Positions 1 to 10,238 are shown, counted from the first letter of the stretch. The stretch: 64,000 nt of DNA from an uncultured Planctomycetia bacterium (GCA_964570585.1 CAZMYR010000003.1:22749-86748), one strand, 5' to 3'. Program-made: numbers and translations. Notes: generated from the letters alone by a model not told the origin.

Positions 1-9
1 CGAGACTGA

Positions 10-38
10 GTCCCGCCCTTTTGAGAAAAGGGCGGGAC
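10..38 (-). terminator. 13-bp GC-rich hairpin (GTCCCGCCCTTTT/AAAAGGGCGGGAC) downstream of the aconitase-family gene; no clear U-tract
   Basis: perfect inverted repeat read directly in the sequence. Confidence 0.3.
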
Positions 39-181
39 GAAGCAAAGTTTGTGTCTGAGCCCGAACACATCGTAAGATGTGAGGGCGAGTTAAACTTTGC
101 CGAAGTTCATAAAATGCGTGCCCGAAGGGCAAAAATTCCAGTTACGAATAGGTGATTGCTATGTTTTTGAGATTGCTTCGC

Positions 182-1447
182 TCACTTCGTTCGCTCGCAA
201 TGACGTCGCGGATCGGTTATTTTTCCTGTTAACGCAGATGCAGCTACTGTCGCCGGTGAAGCTAAATAGATAAAAGCATTCGGGTTGCCCATTCTGCCTT
301 TAAAATTTCTATTCGCTGTAGATATTACAACCTCACCATCGGAAGGAACACCATCGTGAGTGCCTACGCAGGGCCCGCATCCCGGGGTAACTACACTACC
401 TCCGGCTTCAATAAATGTCCGGATAATCCCTTTTTTCATAGCCTCCAGATAAATCTGTTTTGATGCAGGCGCTATAACCAATCTTACATTATCAGCTATT
501 AGATTGCCTTTAAGTATTTTAGAGGCTATCATGAGATCTTCTAATCTTCCGTTAGTACATGTTCCGATAAAGGCTAAATTTACCGGTTTTCCTTCAACGT
601 CTTTAACATTGGATACATTATCGACTGTATGGGGTTTAGATATCTTCGGAGTAAATTTGCTGACATCATATCTTTTTACGCTAATATAATCGGCATCTTT
701 ATCCGGATAGACTTTCCTTTTAATCTTTTTGCCTGTTTTCTTAAGCCAGCTAACCACTTTTTCGTCAGGATACATAATGCCACATTTGGCTCCCATTTCA
801 ACAGCCATGTTTGAAATAGTGAAGCGCGCATCAACAGTTAAAGCTTCTATTGCCTTACCTGTAAATTCAATTGAATTATAGGTACAGCCATCAGCGCCTA
901 AATCCCCTATAATATGCAAAATTATATCCTTTGAATAAACACCCTTTGGCAATTTGCCATCTATTATTACCTTGATAGTCTCTGGAACTTTAAACCAGTT
1001 TTTACCGCTGGCTAATGTTATAGCTAAATCTGTAGAACCGAAACCTGTCGCCAATGCCCCTAATGCGCCGTAAGTACAGGTATGAGAATCTGCCCCTACT
1101 ACTAAATCACCTGGGAGCACATTTCCGGATTCTAATATTACCTGGTGGCATACACCACAGCCTATATCATATAAGCGCAGCTTATTTCGAGCAGCAAATT
1201 TCCGCATTTTGGCATGCACTGCCGAAACCCCTATATTGGGTGAAGGGGCGCTGTGGTCGATGACCATACAAAATCTTTTTCTTGCTGTTAACTTTTTTGC
1301 TCCCAGTTTATGCAAAGCATCTATGATAAGAGCGCTGGTCCCATCCTGACCAAAACAAAAATCCACCTTGGATAAGGCATAATCACCCGCCTTTAAGTCT
1401 CTGCGCGAATGTTCGCTTAATATCTTTTCCGCTACTGTCTTGCTCAT
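182..1447 (-). CDS. leuC: aconitase-family large subunit (3-isopropylmalate dehydratase / homoaconitase LeuC-like, about 420 aa short form)
   Basis: 421 aa ORF with Fe-S dehydratase motifs (GxGxCH..., GTCTNGR, PGCGPC); no small subunit within the window. Confidence 0.7.
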   Translation of the reverse strand: MSKTVAEKILSEHSRRDLKAGDYALSKVDFCFGQDGTSALIIDALHKLGAKKLTARKRFCMVIDHSAPSPNIGVSAVHAKMRKFAARNKLRLYDIGCGVCHQVILESGNVLPGDLVVGADSHTCTYGALGALATGFGSTDLAITLASGKNWFKVPETIKVIIDGKLPKGVYSKDIILHIIGDLGADGCTYNSIEFTGKAIEALTVDARFTISNMAVEMGAKCGIMYPDEKVVSWLKKTGKKIKRKVYPDKDADYISVKRYDVSKFTPKISKPHTVDNVSNVKDVEGKPVNLAFIGTCTNGRLEDLMIASKILKGNLIADNVRLVIAPASKQIYLEAMKKGIIRTFIEAGGSVVTPGCGPCVGTHDGVPSDGEVVISTANRNFKGRMGNPNAFIYLASPATVAASALTGKITDPRRHCERTK

Positions 1448-1535
1448 TTCTGATACACGTTCCTAATAAAAAGGAGGTTTGACCCTTTTATATCAGGACC
1501 CCACCCCCTTTAATACGACCCCTTACACAAAAGGG

Positions 1536-2159
1536 CTAATCTTTTTTTCTTTTGAATATTCCTTTTATTCGGTTAAACCACCCTTTTTTCTTTTCAGGTT
1601 TAGGTTTTACTTTTTCAGCTTCTGAGGGTTCTTCCTTAGCTTTTGGAGGTTTCTCTTTAGGCTTAGCTTTTAACTTCTCAGGTGCCGGCTTCTCTTTTAT
1701 TTCTTCAATTGGTTTTGGTTTTTCCCTGGGCGCCTCTACAACTTTCTTCGGGGCTTCTTTGGCTTTGGCCTTTACCTTCTTCTTCGGCTTTGGCTCCTCT
1801 TTTAGTTTTTCTACTAACTCAAGTATGGCCATTTGGGTGCCATCGCCATGACGACTATTTAACTGAATAATTCTAGTATATCCACCATTTCTGTCTTTGA
1901 ATAAAGGAGCTATATCTTTTACTAAGCGTGACACTAAAGACCTATCCTGTAACATATCAAAAGCCGCTCTCCTTGCTTGTAGTGTCTCTTTCTTGCCCAA
2001 TGATATTAGCTTATCTAAAAGCCTGGACGCCTCCTTGGCTTTAGGTAATGTTGTTTTGATCCTCGAATATATAAGAGCGTTCCTCGCTAAGGACCGCATT
2101 AATTCCTTGCGAGCTGATTTATTTCTCCCAAAACGTTTATTTAATTTGCCGTGTCTCAT
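1536..2159 (-). CDS. rplQ: 50S ribosomal protein L17 with about 85-aa Lys/Glu/Pro-rich C-terminal tail
   Basis: N-terminal 120 aa typical of L17; operon position after rpoA. Confidence 0.9.
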   Translation of the reverse strand: MRHGKLNKRFGRNKSARKELMRSLARNALIYSRIKTTLPKAKEASRLLDKLISLGKKETLQARRAAFDMLQDRSLVSRLVKDIAPLFKDRNGGYTRIIQLNSRHGDGTQMAILELVEKLKEEPKPKKKVKAKAKEAPKKVVEAPREKPKPIEEIKEKPAPEKLKAKPKEKPPKAKEEPSEAEKVKPKPEKKKGWFNRIKGIFKRKKD

Positions 2160-3130
2160 TTTTTCTTTTTGATTTTCATTCCAAGTGAAATGCCCATATT
2201 ATCCAAAATGCCAATAATTTCATTCAAAGACTTTTTGCCAAAGTTTCTATATTTTAGCATTTCACTTTCGGTCTTGCCCACTAAATCGCCTATAGCCTTT
2301 ATCTTGGCCTTTTCTAAACAATTGCCGCTTCTTACTGAAAGTTCAAGTTCGGTAACCGGGATTTTAAGTTTCCCCTGAAGCTCTTCATCTTCCTCCGGCT
2401 CCTCAGTAATCTCTAAGTCTTCCGGAAGTTTGCCGAAATTGACAAAAATATCAAGATGTCTTTGCAAGACATTGGATGCATAGAGCAAAGCTTCTTTAGG
2501 GCTCACCGCTCCGTTAGTGCATATTTCTAATATAAGTTTATCATAATCTGTAATCTGGCCTACCCTGGTATCTCCAACATTGAAATTCACTTTAGTAACG
2601 GGGCTAAAAATAGAATCTATAGCAATGACTCCTATTGGGGCGCTTTCTTTTTTGTTTTTTTCCGCCGGAACATATCCACGGCCTTTGCCCAAACCCATTT
2701 CTACATTAAATTTAATATTTCTTGTCAATGTAGCTATATGTAAATCCTTGTTTATGATATCCACTGTTTCATCAGCAATTATATCTTTAGCTGTGACCTT
2801 GCCTTTTCGTTGAACTTTTATATATAATGGTTTTGGTTTAAGGGCATGGCTTCTTATCACAACTTTCTTAATATTAAGTATAATTTCAGGCACATCCTCA
2901 ATCACTCCGTCTATAGCAGAAAATTCATGCTGAATCCCTTCGAATCTTACATTAGTTACTGCGCTACCTTCGACTGAAGATATAAGTGCCCTCCGTAAAG
3001 AATTTCCCAGAGTTATTCCATAACCTCTTTCGAACGGTTCTGCTATAAATTTACCGTAAGTATCTGTCAGGGTAGATTCATCACATTCGAGAGTTTTGGG
3101 CATTTCAAATTCTTTCCAAGCTATTCCCAT
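2156..3130 (-). CDS. rpoA: DNA-directed RNA polymerase alpha subunit
   Basis: 324 aa, conserved alpha NTD/CTD; 4-nt overlap with rplQ. Confidence 0.95.
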   Translation of the reverse strand: MGIAWKEFEMPKTLECDESTLTDTYGKFIAEPFERGYGITLGNSLRRALISSVEGSAVTNVRFEGIQHEFSAIDGVIEDVPEIILNIKKVVIRSHALKPKPLYIKVQRKGKVTAKDIIADETVDIINKDLHIATLTRNIKFNVEMGLGKGRGYVPAEKNKKESAPIGVIAIDSIFSPVTKVNFNVGDTRVGQITDYDKLILEICTNGAVSPKEALLYASNVLQRHLDIFVNFGKLPEDLEITEEPEEDEELQGKLKIPVTELELSVRSGNCLEKAKIKAIGDLVGKTESEMLKYRNFGKKSLNEIIGILDNMGISLGMKIKKKK

Positions 3131-3206
3131 CTCTTTTTACCTCCAATTTTTGCAAAGCAAAAATTGTCCCAAACAGTGCGACGAAAAGGAGCACTGGAGG
3201 AACAAT

Positions 3207-3833
3207 TTACTTCGAATATAATTCTACAATAAGCTGGACCTGAATCGGAAAACCAACATCTTCTTTTTTAGGAAGCCTCTCAATTTTAGCCGTTAAAAGT
3301 TTTTCATCTACATTTATCCAACCGGGTACGCCTCTTTCTTTTAAGTCTTGCATTCTTTCGGATACAAGCTTAAATTGGTCCTTCTTGGCATTTACCTTTA
3401 TAGTATCTCCTTTGCCAACTAAGTAAGATGGCCGGTCTACCTTTTTTTCATTAACCATAATAAAACCGTGGGTAACCATTTGCCTTGCCTGAGACCTGGA
3501 AGGAGCAAAACAGCACCTAAAGGCTACATTGTCTAACCGCCGTTCTAAAAATTGCAGAAGGGCCTCACCGGTGACGTCCCGTGACCTCTCTGCTTTTTTA
3601 AAATAATTTCTGAATTGTTTCTCTAGCACTCCGTATATTGTCTTGGCTTTCTGCTTTTCTCTAAGCTGTAAACCAAAATCGGAAAGCTTTCTTCTCCGTT
3701 GACCATGTACGCCGGGTTTATAACTGCGCCTATCTAAGGCGCACTTCTCAGTTACGCAACGATTACCTTTAAGAAAAAGTTTTACGCCTTCCCTTCTGCA
3801 CAACCTGCACGATGCTCCTATATACTTTGCCAT
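3207..3833 (-). CDS. rpsD: 30S ribosomal protein S4 (start trimmed to the ATG behind an AGGAGGA site; track ORF over-extends into a repeat)
   Basis: MAKYIGASCRLCRREG N-terminus matches S4; RBS tcctcct at 3836-3842. Confidence 0.9.
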   Translation of the reverse strand: MAKYIGASCRLCRREGVKLFLKGNRCVTEKCALDRRSYKPGVHGQRRRKLSDFGLQLREKQKAKTIYGVLEKQFRNYFKKAERSRDVTGEALLQFLERRLDNVAFRCCFAPSRSQARQMVTHGFIMVNEKKVDRPSYLVGKGDTIKVNAKKDQFKLVSERMQDLKERGVPGWINVDEKLLTAKIERLPKKEDVGFPIQVQLIVELYSK

Positions 3834-3911
3834 TATCCTCCTAGTTTTGCTTGCGTTTATTGGGTTTGTAGGGTTTATAGGGTTATAACTCAATAAACTC
3901 TATAAACTCAA

Positions 3912-4376
3912 CTATACTCTCCTTCGCTTCGGGGCTCTACATCCATTATGTGGTATAGGCGTAATATCTTTAATGGTACTTATCTGTAATCCAGCCGCCT
4001 GCATTGCCCGTATTGCTGATTCTCTGCCTGCCCCCGGTCCCTTTACGCAAATCTCTACCTTTTTTAGTCCTAACCCTTTTGCTTTTTCAGCAGCTGCACT
4101 TGCAGCTCTTTGAGCAGCGAACGGTGTAGATTTTTTCGAACCTTTAAAACCGATGTTGCCGCTGGAACACCAACAAATTGTATTGCCATTTTTATCTGTT
4201 ACAGTAATAATTGTATTGTTAAAGGTCGCTAAGATATATACTATACCATCATGGATGAAAACTTTTTGTTTCGACTTTTTCTTTTCAGGTTTTGGTTCTT
4301 GTTTTGGTTCTTGTTTTGGTTCTTGTTTTGGTTCTTGTTTTGGTTCTTGTTTTGGTTTCTCTTCAGCTTTTACCAT
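3912..4376 (-). CDS. rpsK: 30S ribosomal protein S11 with N-terminal (KQEPx) tandem-repeat extension
   Basis: C-terminal 120 aa typical of S11; 15-bp unit repeated five times at the 5' end. Confidence 0.9.
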   Translation of the reverse strand: MVKAEEKPKQEPKQEPKQEPKQEPKQEPKPEKKKSKQKVFIHDGIVYILATFNNTIITVTDKNGNTICWCSSGNIGFKGSKKSTPFAAQRAASAAAEKAKGLGLKKVEICVKGPGAGRESAIRAMQAAGLQISTIKDITPIPHNGCRAPKRRRV

Positions 4377-4384
4377 TTCTATAA

Positions 4385-4783
4385 TTACCCTTCCTTTCTG
4401 ATTTTCTGTTGTTTTTCTCTTTTTGCAACGCCAACTGTCTTTCTCGGGCCTTTCCGGGTGCGTGCATTTGTATTTGTTCGTTGCCCTCTTACTGGCAAAC
4501 CCCTTCTATGGCGCAATCCTCTATAAGTTCCTATGTCTATTAGCCTATTTATGTTCCCTGTAACCTCTCTTCTTAAATCGCCTTCTATCTTATAATTTTT
4601 TGTAATAAACCTAGAAATTTTTGCTACATCTTCTCCGGTAAGGTCCTTAGCCCTCATATCGGGATTTATGCCATTAGCTTTTAATATTTTATTTGAAACA
4701 GTTCTGCCAATCCCGTGAATATAAGTAAGTGCGATCTCTACCCTCTTCCCTTTTGGTATATCAACACCGCAAACTCTCGGCAT
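4385..4783 (-). CDS. rpsM: 30S ribosomal protein S13
   Basis: 132 aa, conserved S13 sequence. Confidence 0.95.
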   Translation of the reverse strand: MPRVCGVDIPKGKRVEIALTYIHGIGRTVSNKILKANGINPDMRAKDLTGEDVAKISRFITKNYKIEGDLRREVTGNINRLIDIGTYRGLRHRRGLPVRGQRTNTNARTRKGPRKTVGVAKREKQQKIRKEG

Positions 4784-4901
4784 CTTTTACTCCCGTCTTT
4801 TAATGGTTAGTTGTAAGTTATAAGTCGTAAGTTATAAGTTTTTTTCGGCCTTCAATTCGAATTTTAGCTTAAAACTTAAAACTTAAAACTTAAAACTTTT
4901 G

Positions 4902-5015
4902 TTATCCCTGTCTCTGTTTATGCTTCGGATTCCTGCATATAACTCTAACTACACCTTTGCGTTTTATAATCTTACATGAAGAACAAATTTTTTTAACCGA
5001 TGCTCTAACCTTCAT
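4902..5015 (-). CDS. rpmJ: 50S ribosomal protein L36 (not in ORF track, under 60 aa)
   Basis: hand translation gives [37 protein letters not shown]; classic L36 zinc ribbon, canonical position between rpsM and infA. Confidence 0.85.
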   Translation of the reverse strand: MKVRASVKKICSSCKIIKRKGVVRVICRNPKHKQRQG

Positions 5016-5017
5016 TT

Positions 5018-5233
5018 TTATCTCTCTCGATAAATAATCCGTCCCTTGGTAAGGTCATACGGTGAAAGTTCTAATTTTACTTTGTCCCCTGGTACTATTC
5101 TTATAAAATACATTCTCATCTTACCTGCAACATGTGCCAGGACCCTGTGTCCATTATCCAATTCTACTCTAAACATTGCGTTTGGCAATGCTTCTATAAT
5201 CGTGCCTTCTGTTTGAATTGCCTCTTCTTTCAT
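5018..5233 (-). CDS. infA: translation initiation factor IF-1
   Basis: 71 aa S1-like fold, strongly conserved. Confidence 0.95.
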   Translation of the reverse strand: MKEEAIQTEGTIIEALPNAMFRVELDNGHRVLAHVAGKMRMYFIRIVPGDKVKLELSPYDLTKGRIIYRER

Positions 5234-5282
5234 TTTGAGTTATGGGTTATGAGTTCATAGTTCATAGACTACGAACTACGAA

Positions 5283-6032
5283 CTAATTAAATTCCGTCAA
5301 TATCCTGGGCCCCTCCTCTGTAACAGCAACAGTATGCTCAAAATGCGCTGAAAGTTTTCTATCAGCCGTAACAGCTGTCCAGCCGTCTTTAAGTATATCC
5401 ACTTTATAAGTTCCTATATTAATCATCGGCTCTATTGCCAATACCATCCCGGGTTTTAGCGCCGGGCCCATATGTGGTTGTCCAAAATTCGGTATTTGCG
5501 GATCCTCATGCAGGTTTGAACCTATACCGTGGCCAACAAATTCTCTTACGACGGAAAAAGCATTTAATTCTGCTTCGTCTTGAACAGCACACGATATATC
5601 AGAAAGTCTGTTATCAACGGTTGCCATTGCAATAGCTTTATAGAGGGCTCCTTTGGTCACATCCAGTAATCTTTTAGCCTCAGGAGAAATTTCTCCAACA
5701 CCTACAGTTATTGCGGCGTCTCCATAAAACCCATCCAGTTCAACCCCGGCATCAATGCTTATTATGTCGGCTTCTTTTAATCTTCGTGTACCCGGTATAC
5801 CATGTACTATTTCTTCATTTATCGAAGTGCATATATTTTTAGGGAATCCCCTATAACCATTAAAGGCGCACCTGCCTCCTAGTTTACTGATCAGTTCGGC
5901 TGCTCTTTTGTCCAGTTGTTCAGTAGTTACTCCCGGCGCTATCATGTCAGTGAGCATGGCTAATGTTTTCGCTACAATAATCCCCGCCTTATGCATCTTT
6001 TCTATTTCATCTTTTGATTTATAATGTATCAA
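5283..6032 (-). CDS. map: methionine aminopeptidase type I
   Basis: 249 aa with pita-bread fold metal ligands. Confidence 0.9.
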   Translation of the reverse strand: MIHYKSKDEIEKMHKAGIIVAKTLAMLTDMIAPGVTTEQLDKRAAELISKLGGRCAFNGYRGFPKNICTSINEEIVHGIPGTRRLKEADIISIDAGVELDGFYGDAAITVGVGEISPEAKRLLDVTKGALYKAIAMATVDNRLSDISCAVQDEAELNAFSVVREFVGHGIGSNLHEDPQIPNFGQPHMGPALKPGMVLAIEPMINIGTYKVDILKDGWTAVTADRKLSAHFEHTVAVTEEGPRILTEFN

Positions 6033-6692
6033 TTATATCAGTCCCTCTTGGTTAAAGAGCTCGTGAAGAATCTTGTATAACTTATCTACTTCTAAATCTC
6101 CTGAAACAGTATGCAAAAACCCCTTATTTTTATAATAATCTATTAATCCTGCTGTTTGCTGATTATACACTTTTATTCTTTTTAAAACCGTTTCTTTCTT
6201 ATCGTCGTTGCGCTGGATAAGTCTCCCTCCGCATATATCGCATATCCCCTCTTTTTTAGGTAGTATATTCTTTATATGATAATTAGCACCGCATTTTTCG
6301 CAAATCAGGCGGCCTGTTAACCGGTCTATTATAACCTGTTCTGATGTCTGCATATAAACAACTATATCTAACGGAATTTTATTAATTGCTAAAAATTCAT
6401 CGAGCGAAGTAGCTTGAGCTTTTGTTCTCGGGTAGCCATCGAGTATAAACCTGTTCTGAATACTTTTATCCTTTAGCTTCTCTATCACAATTTGATTTAC
6501 TATTTCATCCGGCACTAATTGTCCCCGCTGCATATATCCAGTTAATCTTTGTCCAATTTCATCTGACCTTTTAGCAGACTCTCTAAATATATCTCCTGTT
6601 GAAAGATGAACTAGATTTAATTTTTGAGAAAGAACCTTCGCCTGCGTTCCCTTACCAGCTCCTGGAGGCCCCAACAATATTAATCTCACCAC
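6033..6692 (-). CDS. adk: adenylate kinase with Cys4 zinc lid
   Basis: GPPGAGKGT P-loop and CxxC...CxxC lid. Confidence 0.95.
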   Translation of the reverse strand: MVRLILLGPPGAGKGTQAKVLSQKLNLVHLSTGDIFRESAKRSDEIGQRLTGYMQRGQLVPDEIVNQIVIEKLKDKSIQNRFILDGYPRTKAQATSLDEFLAINKIPLDIVVYMQTSEQVIIDRLTGRLICEKCGANYHIKNILPKKEGICDICGGRLIQRNDDKKETVLKRIKVYNQQTAGLIDYYKNKGFLHTVSGDLEVDKLYKILHELFNQEGLI

Positions 6693-6712
6693 TTTAACCT
6701 TTATTCTTGTTG

Positions 6713-8062
6713 CTAGCGTCTCGACCTCAATTTACCTTTCCTCAAGAATCCTTCATAATGTCTCATTAAAAGCTGGGATTCGATCTGTTTCATTGTATCT
6801 AACATAACCCCAACTGTAATTAATAAGGCTGTTCCGCCGAAGAAACTGGCTATTAAAAAGGGTATGTTTAGCCATCTTGATATTATTCTTGGAAATACAG
6901 CTATCAAAGCCAAAAATATAGCTCCAGGCAATGTAACTCTTGTCAATATTCTATCAAAATAACTTGCCGTAGGTTTACCCGGCCTTATGCCCGGGATAAA
7001 TCCTCCGTACTTTTTCATATTATCAGCCACATCTACAGGATTAAATGTAATTGCGGTATAAAAATAACAGAAAAATACTATCAAACCGGAATACATTGTA
7101 AAATAAAGTATGTTTCCTCTCATCAGCGCATTAGCCATCTTCTGGAATGTAGGATTAGGAAAAAAACCAGCAATTGTTGCCGGAAAAAGTAATAAAGATT
7201 GCGCGAATATAATCGGTATAACCCCGGCGTGATTTACCCTGAAAGGAATATATGTGCTTTGGCCGCCGTAAACCTTTCTGCCAATTATTCTCTTGGCATA
7301 TTGCACCGGTATTCTGCGCTGTCCCTGGGTAATTATAACTACTGCGACAATAACCCCAACCATAATAATTACCATTGCTATCAACGTAAGCACATCTATC
7401 TGCCTTCTGGCTGGCGCAAAAGGCGATACCAACAAAAATAGTTGATTTGTCGCTGTAGGCAATCGGGATATTATACTAGCCGTAATAATAAGCGACATTC
7501 CATTACCAATACCATATTCAGTTATCTGCTCGCCTAACCACATTATAAAGGCAGTGCCGCTGGCTAAGGTTAAAACTGTTAATAATCTAAAGCCCCAGCC
7601 CGGAAATTGAACTATCTGGACACCTTGAAAATGGGCCGGGTTTTCCAACCATAGACTAATGAAAGTAGCTTGTATTACAGCCAGAACTACCGTGCCATAT
7701 CTGGTATATTGGGTAATCTTTCTTCTGCCTTCTTCCCCACCTTCTTTGGCTAATCGCTCAAGCTGCGGTATAACTGTAGTGAGAAGCTGCATAATGATGG
7801 AGCTGGATATATACGGCATAATACCTAAAGCGAATATGGTCATATTCCGCATAGCTCCACCACTAAACAGATTCATAATGCCAAAAAGTGTGCCGCCGGT
7901 TGTCCTGGCTATATTATCAAAGAACTGCGCTAATGCTGCCCCATCTATACCGGGAGTAGGGACAAAACAGCCTATTCTATAGACAGCTACCAACCCCAAG
8001 GTAAGAAATATTTTCTTTCTTAGATCCGGGACTTTTAATATATTAGCTAAAGCTGCTAACAT
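6713..8062 (-). CDS. secY: preprotein translocase subunit SecY
   Basis: 449 aa, 10 TM segments, conserved. Confidence 0.95.
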   Translation of the reverse strand: MLAALANILKVPDLRKKIFLTLGLVAVYRIGCFVPTPGIDGAALAQFFDNIARTTGGTLFGIMNLFSGGAMRNMTIFALGIMPYISSSIIMQLLTTVIPQLERLAKEGGEEGRRKITQYTRYGTVVLAVIQATFISLWLENPAHFQGVQIVQFPGWGFRLLTVLTLASGTAFIMWLGEQITEYGIGNGMSLIITASIISRLPTATNQLFLLVSPFAPARRQIDVLTLIAMVIIMVGVIVAVVIITQGQRRIPVQYAKRIIGRKVYGGQSTYIPFRVNHAGVIPIIFAQSLLLFPATIAGFFPNPTFQKMANALMRGNILYFTMYSGLIVFFCYFYTAITFNPVDVADNMKKYGGFIPGIRPGKPTASYFDRILTRVTLPGAIFLALIAVFPRIISRWLNIPFLIASFFGGTALLITVGVMLDTMKQIESQLLMRHYEGFLRKGKLRSRR

Positions 8063-8162
8063 CTTTTTTTAGTACCGTTTACGGTTTCAAAGGGGTAAGT
8101 GTCCCCTAATTCATTCTTTGCTGGGGGGCATTTACCTCTTTGAAACTGTAAACGGTACTTTC

Positions 8163-8621
8163 TTAACGGGATTGAATTTTTTCAATGCTTCCGCCTGTTT
8201 TTTTAATAGCACTTTTTGCAGAATTTGAAAAGGCATGCGCAGTAACAGTAAAATTCTTTTTAAGTTTTCCTTTGCCTAAAATCTTTATGGGTTTTTTTAT
8301 AGTCTTTATTAATCTTTTATCTTTTAATAAAGACGGTGTTATATGAGTCCCCTCTTTAAAAATATTTAATTTCTCTAAATTAATAATCGAATATTCTTTT
8401 TTTTCTCTTGGCGTAAATCCTCTTTTTGGGATCCTCCTCATTAATGGCATCTGGCCTCCTTCGAAGCCAAAGGTCCGCTTTGAGCCTGACCTTGACCTTT
8501 GCCCTTTGCTGCCTCTGCCACCGGTTTTACCTCTGCCAGAGCCCATCCCTCTGCCTTTTCTTCTCTTAGGTCTCCTGGCGCCTTTAGGAGATTTCATGTC
8601 CTGTATTTTCATTTGCCTCAC
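8163..8621 (-). CDS. rplO: 50S ribosomal protein L15
   Basis: Gly/Arg-rich N-terminus typical of L15. Confidence 0.9.
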   Translation of the reverse strand: MRQMKIQDMKSPKGARRPKRRKGRGMGSGRGKTGGRGSKGQRSRSGSKRTFGFEGGQMPLMRRIPKRGFTPREKKEYSIINLEKLNIFKEGTHITPSLLKDKRLIKTIKKPIKILGKGKLKKNFTVTAHAFSNSAKSAIKKTGGSIEKIQSR

Positions 8622-9196
8622 TCGGACTGCTTTTCCAGCAGCTCATTCTTGTAGCGCAACTTTTTTAGTCCATCCATAGTTGCCTTTATAACATTTGATG
8701 GCGTCTGCGATTTTAGGCTCTTGGTTAATATATCTTTTATACCTGCTGCATCGCAAACCGGCCTTATAACGTTACCTGCGATGACACCTGTACCTTCTCC
8801 CGCTGGTTTAAGAAGCACAACGGCTGCGCCATATCTGCCAATCACCTCATGGGGTATAGTGCTTCCTTTAACAGGGACATTTATCATATTCTTTTTAGCA
8901 TCATTGATACCCTTTTTAATCGCATTGGGAACCTCATTTGCTTTCCCGAAACCACAGCCTACATTACCCTTTTTATCTCCTACTACTACCACTGCACCAA
9001 AATTTAATTTTCGGCCCCCCTTTGTAACCTTAGTGGTTCGTTTAATGGAAATCACCTTCTCAATAGTTTCTTCCTCAGGATGTATTTCCTTGTAAGTCTT
9101 TTTTAATTCTCGAGGGATTACCTTTTTTATCTCTTTGGCTGATTTTTTGTCTGCCTCGTCTTTTTTAAATTCTTTTTGGTCTTTCTTCTCTACCAA
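8618..9196 (-). CDS. rpsE: 30S ribosomal protein S5 with Lys/Glu-rich N-terminal extension; start probably TTG at 9196 behind GGAGG (track begins at 9208)
   Basis: [19 protein letters not shown] core; no in-frame ATG upstream of the core; directly abuts rplO with no L30 gene. Confidence 0.85.
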   Translation of the reverse strand: MVEKKDQKEFKKDEADKKSAKEIKKVIPRELKKTYKEIHPEEETIEKVISIKRTTKVTKGGRKLNFGAVVVVGDKKGNVGCGFGKANEVPNAIKKGINDAKKNMINVPVKGSTIPHEVIGRYGAAVVLLKPAGEGTGVIAGNVIRPVCDAAGIKDILTKSLKSQTPSNVIKATMDGLKKLRYKNELLEKQSE

Positions 9197-9265
9197 GTTA
9201 GCCTCCAAAATTTACGAAAGTAAATTTTGTCCCGAACGATGCGACGAATAGGAGCATCGGAGGGA

Positions 9266-9622
9266 CTAAAACCGCAAACCGTTTTTACGGCAAGCTTCTG
9301 CAAACTCTTTTACCCTTCCGTGATAACGATAGCCACTTTTATCAAATTTGACCTGTTTCATATTTGCCTTCTGAGCTTCTTTAGCTAAAAGTTCGCCCAA
9401 TGCCCTGGAAGCGGTAATGTTACCCTTGTGTTTAAAATTATCTCTCAATCCTTTATCCAGCGTTGAGACAGACAGCAATGTCTTGCCTTCAACATCATCT
9501 ATTAATTGAGCAGTCATATTATTAAGACTCCTGTAAATACAAAGGCGGGGTCTCTCTTTTGTGCCAAGCAATTTCTTCTTTCCTCTTAAATATCTTCTTC
9601 GTCTTGCGTCTTTTACCTTCAT
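9266..9622 (-). CDS. rplR: 50S ribosomal protein L18
   Basis: 118 aa, conserved. Confidence 0.9.
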   Translation of the reverse strand: MKVKDARRRRYLRGKKKLLGTKERPRLCIYRSLNNMTAQLIDDVEGKTLLSVSTLDKGLRDNFKHKGNITASRALGELLAKEAQKANMKQVKFDKSGYRYHGRVKEFAEACRKNGLRF

Positions 9623-9701
9623 CTCAGTAATTTACCTCCGTACACTTACGTGTACGGTATCCTTTTCGTACATTCCCCGCACGTAAGTGCGGGGTCCGAT
9701 C

Positions 9702-10238
9702 TTATGCTACCGTCTTTCCTGCTTTCTTCCTCACATATTCACCGACATATCTTATGCCTTTACCCTTATATGGCTCAGGTTTATAAAAATCCCTTATCTC
9801 CGCAGCCGTTTCTCCGACAGCCTGCTTATCAATACCCTTAACTACAATTTGGGTAGGTTTCGGAGTCTCTATGGTAATACCATCCGGTATCCGATATTCT
9901 ATCGGGTGAGAAAATCCAAGGTTTAATGTGAGTTTTTTGCCGGAAACCAGGGCTTTAAAACCTACCCCTATAATCTCTAACTGTTTAGAAAAACCTTCCT
10001 TCACTCCTTTTATCATATTTGCAATCAGCGCTCTAGCTAGTCCATGTAATGCCCGGTGCTGTTTATCGTCGGAAGATCTAATTACCGCAATTGTATTATC
10101 TTTAATATCGACATCTATCCCCTGCGCCAAAGAATAATCCAATTTGCCTTTTGGGCCTTCAACGTAAACTACATTATCTCGTTTTTGAACTTTTACCCCT
10201 TCAGGTATATTAATAGGTCTTTTTCCTATTCTGGACAT
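9702..10238 (-). CDS. rplF: 50S ribosomal protein L6
   Basis: 178 aa, conserved. Confidence 0.95.
   Translation of the reverse strand: MSRIGKRPINIPEGVKVQKRDNVVYVEGPKGKLDYSLAQGIDVDIKDNTIAVIRSSDDKQHRALHGLARALIANMIKGVKEGFSKQLEIIGVGFKALVSGKKLTLNLGFSHPIEYRIPDGITIETPKPTQIVVKGIDKQAVGETAAEIRDFYKPEPYKGKGIRYVGEYVRKKAGKTVA

Noticed and set aside
1-181. Possible leuD-like small subunit downstream of the aconitase-family gene
   Set aside because: No ORF fits in the remaining 181 nt; only a GC-rich hairpin is present, so a partner subunit, if any, lies outside the window.
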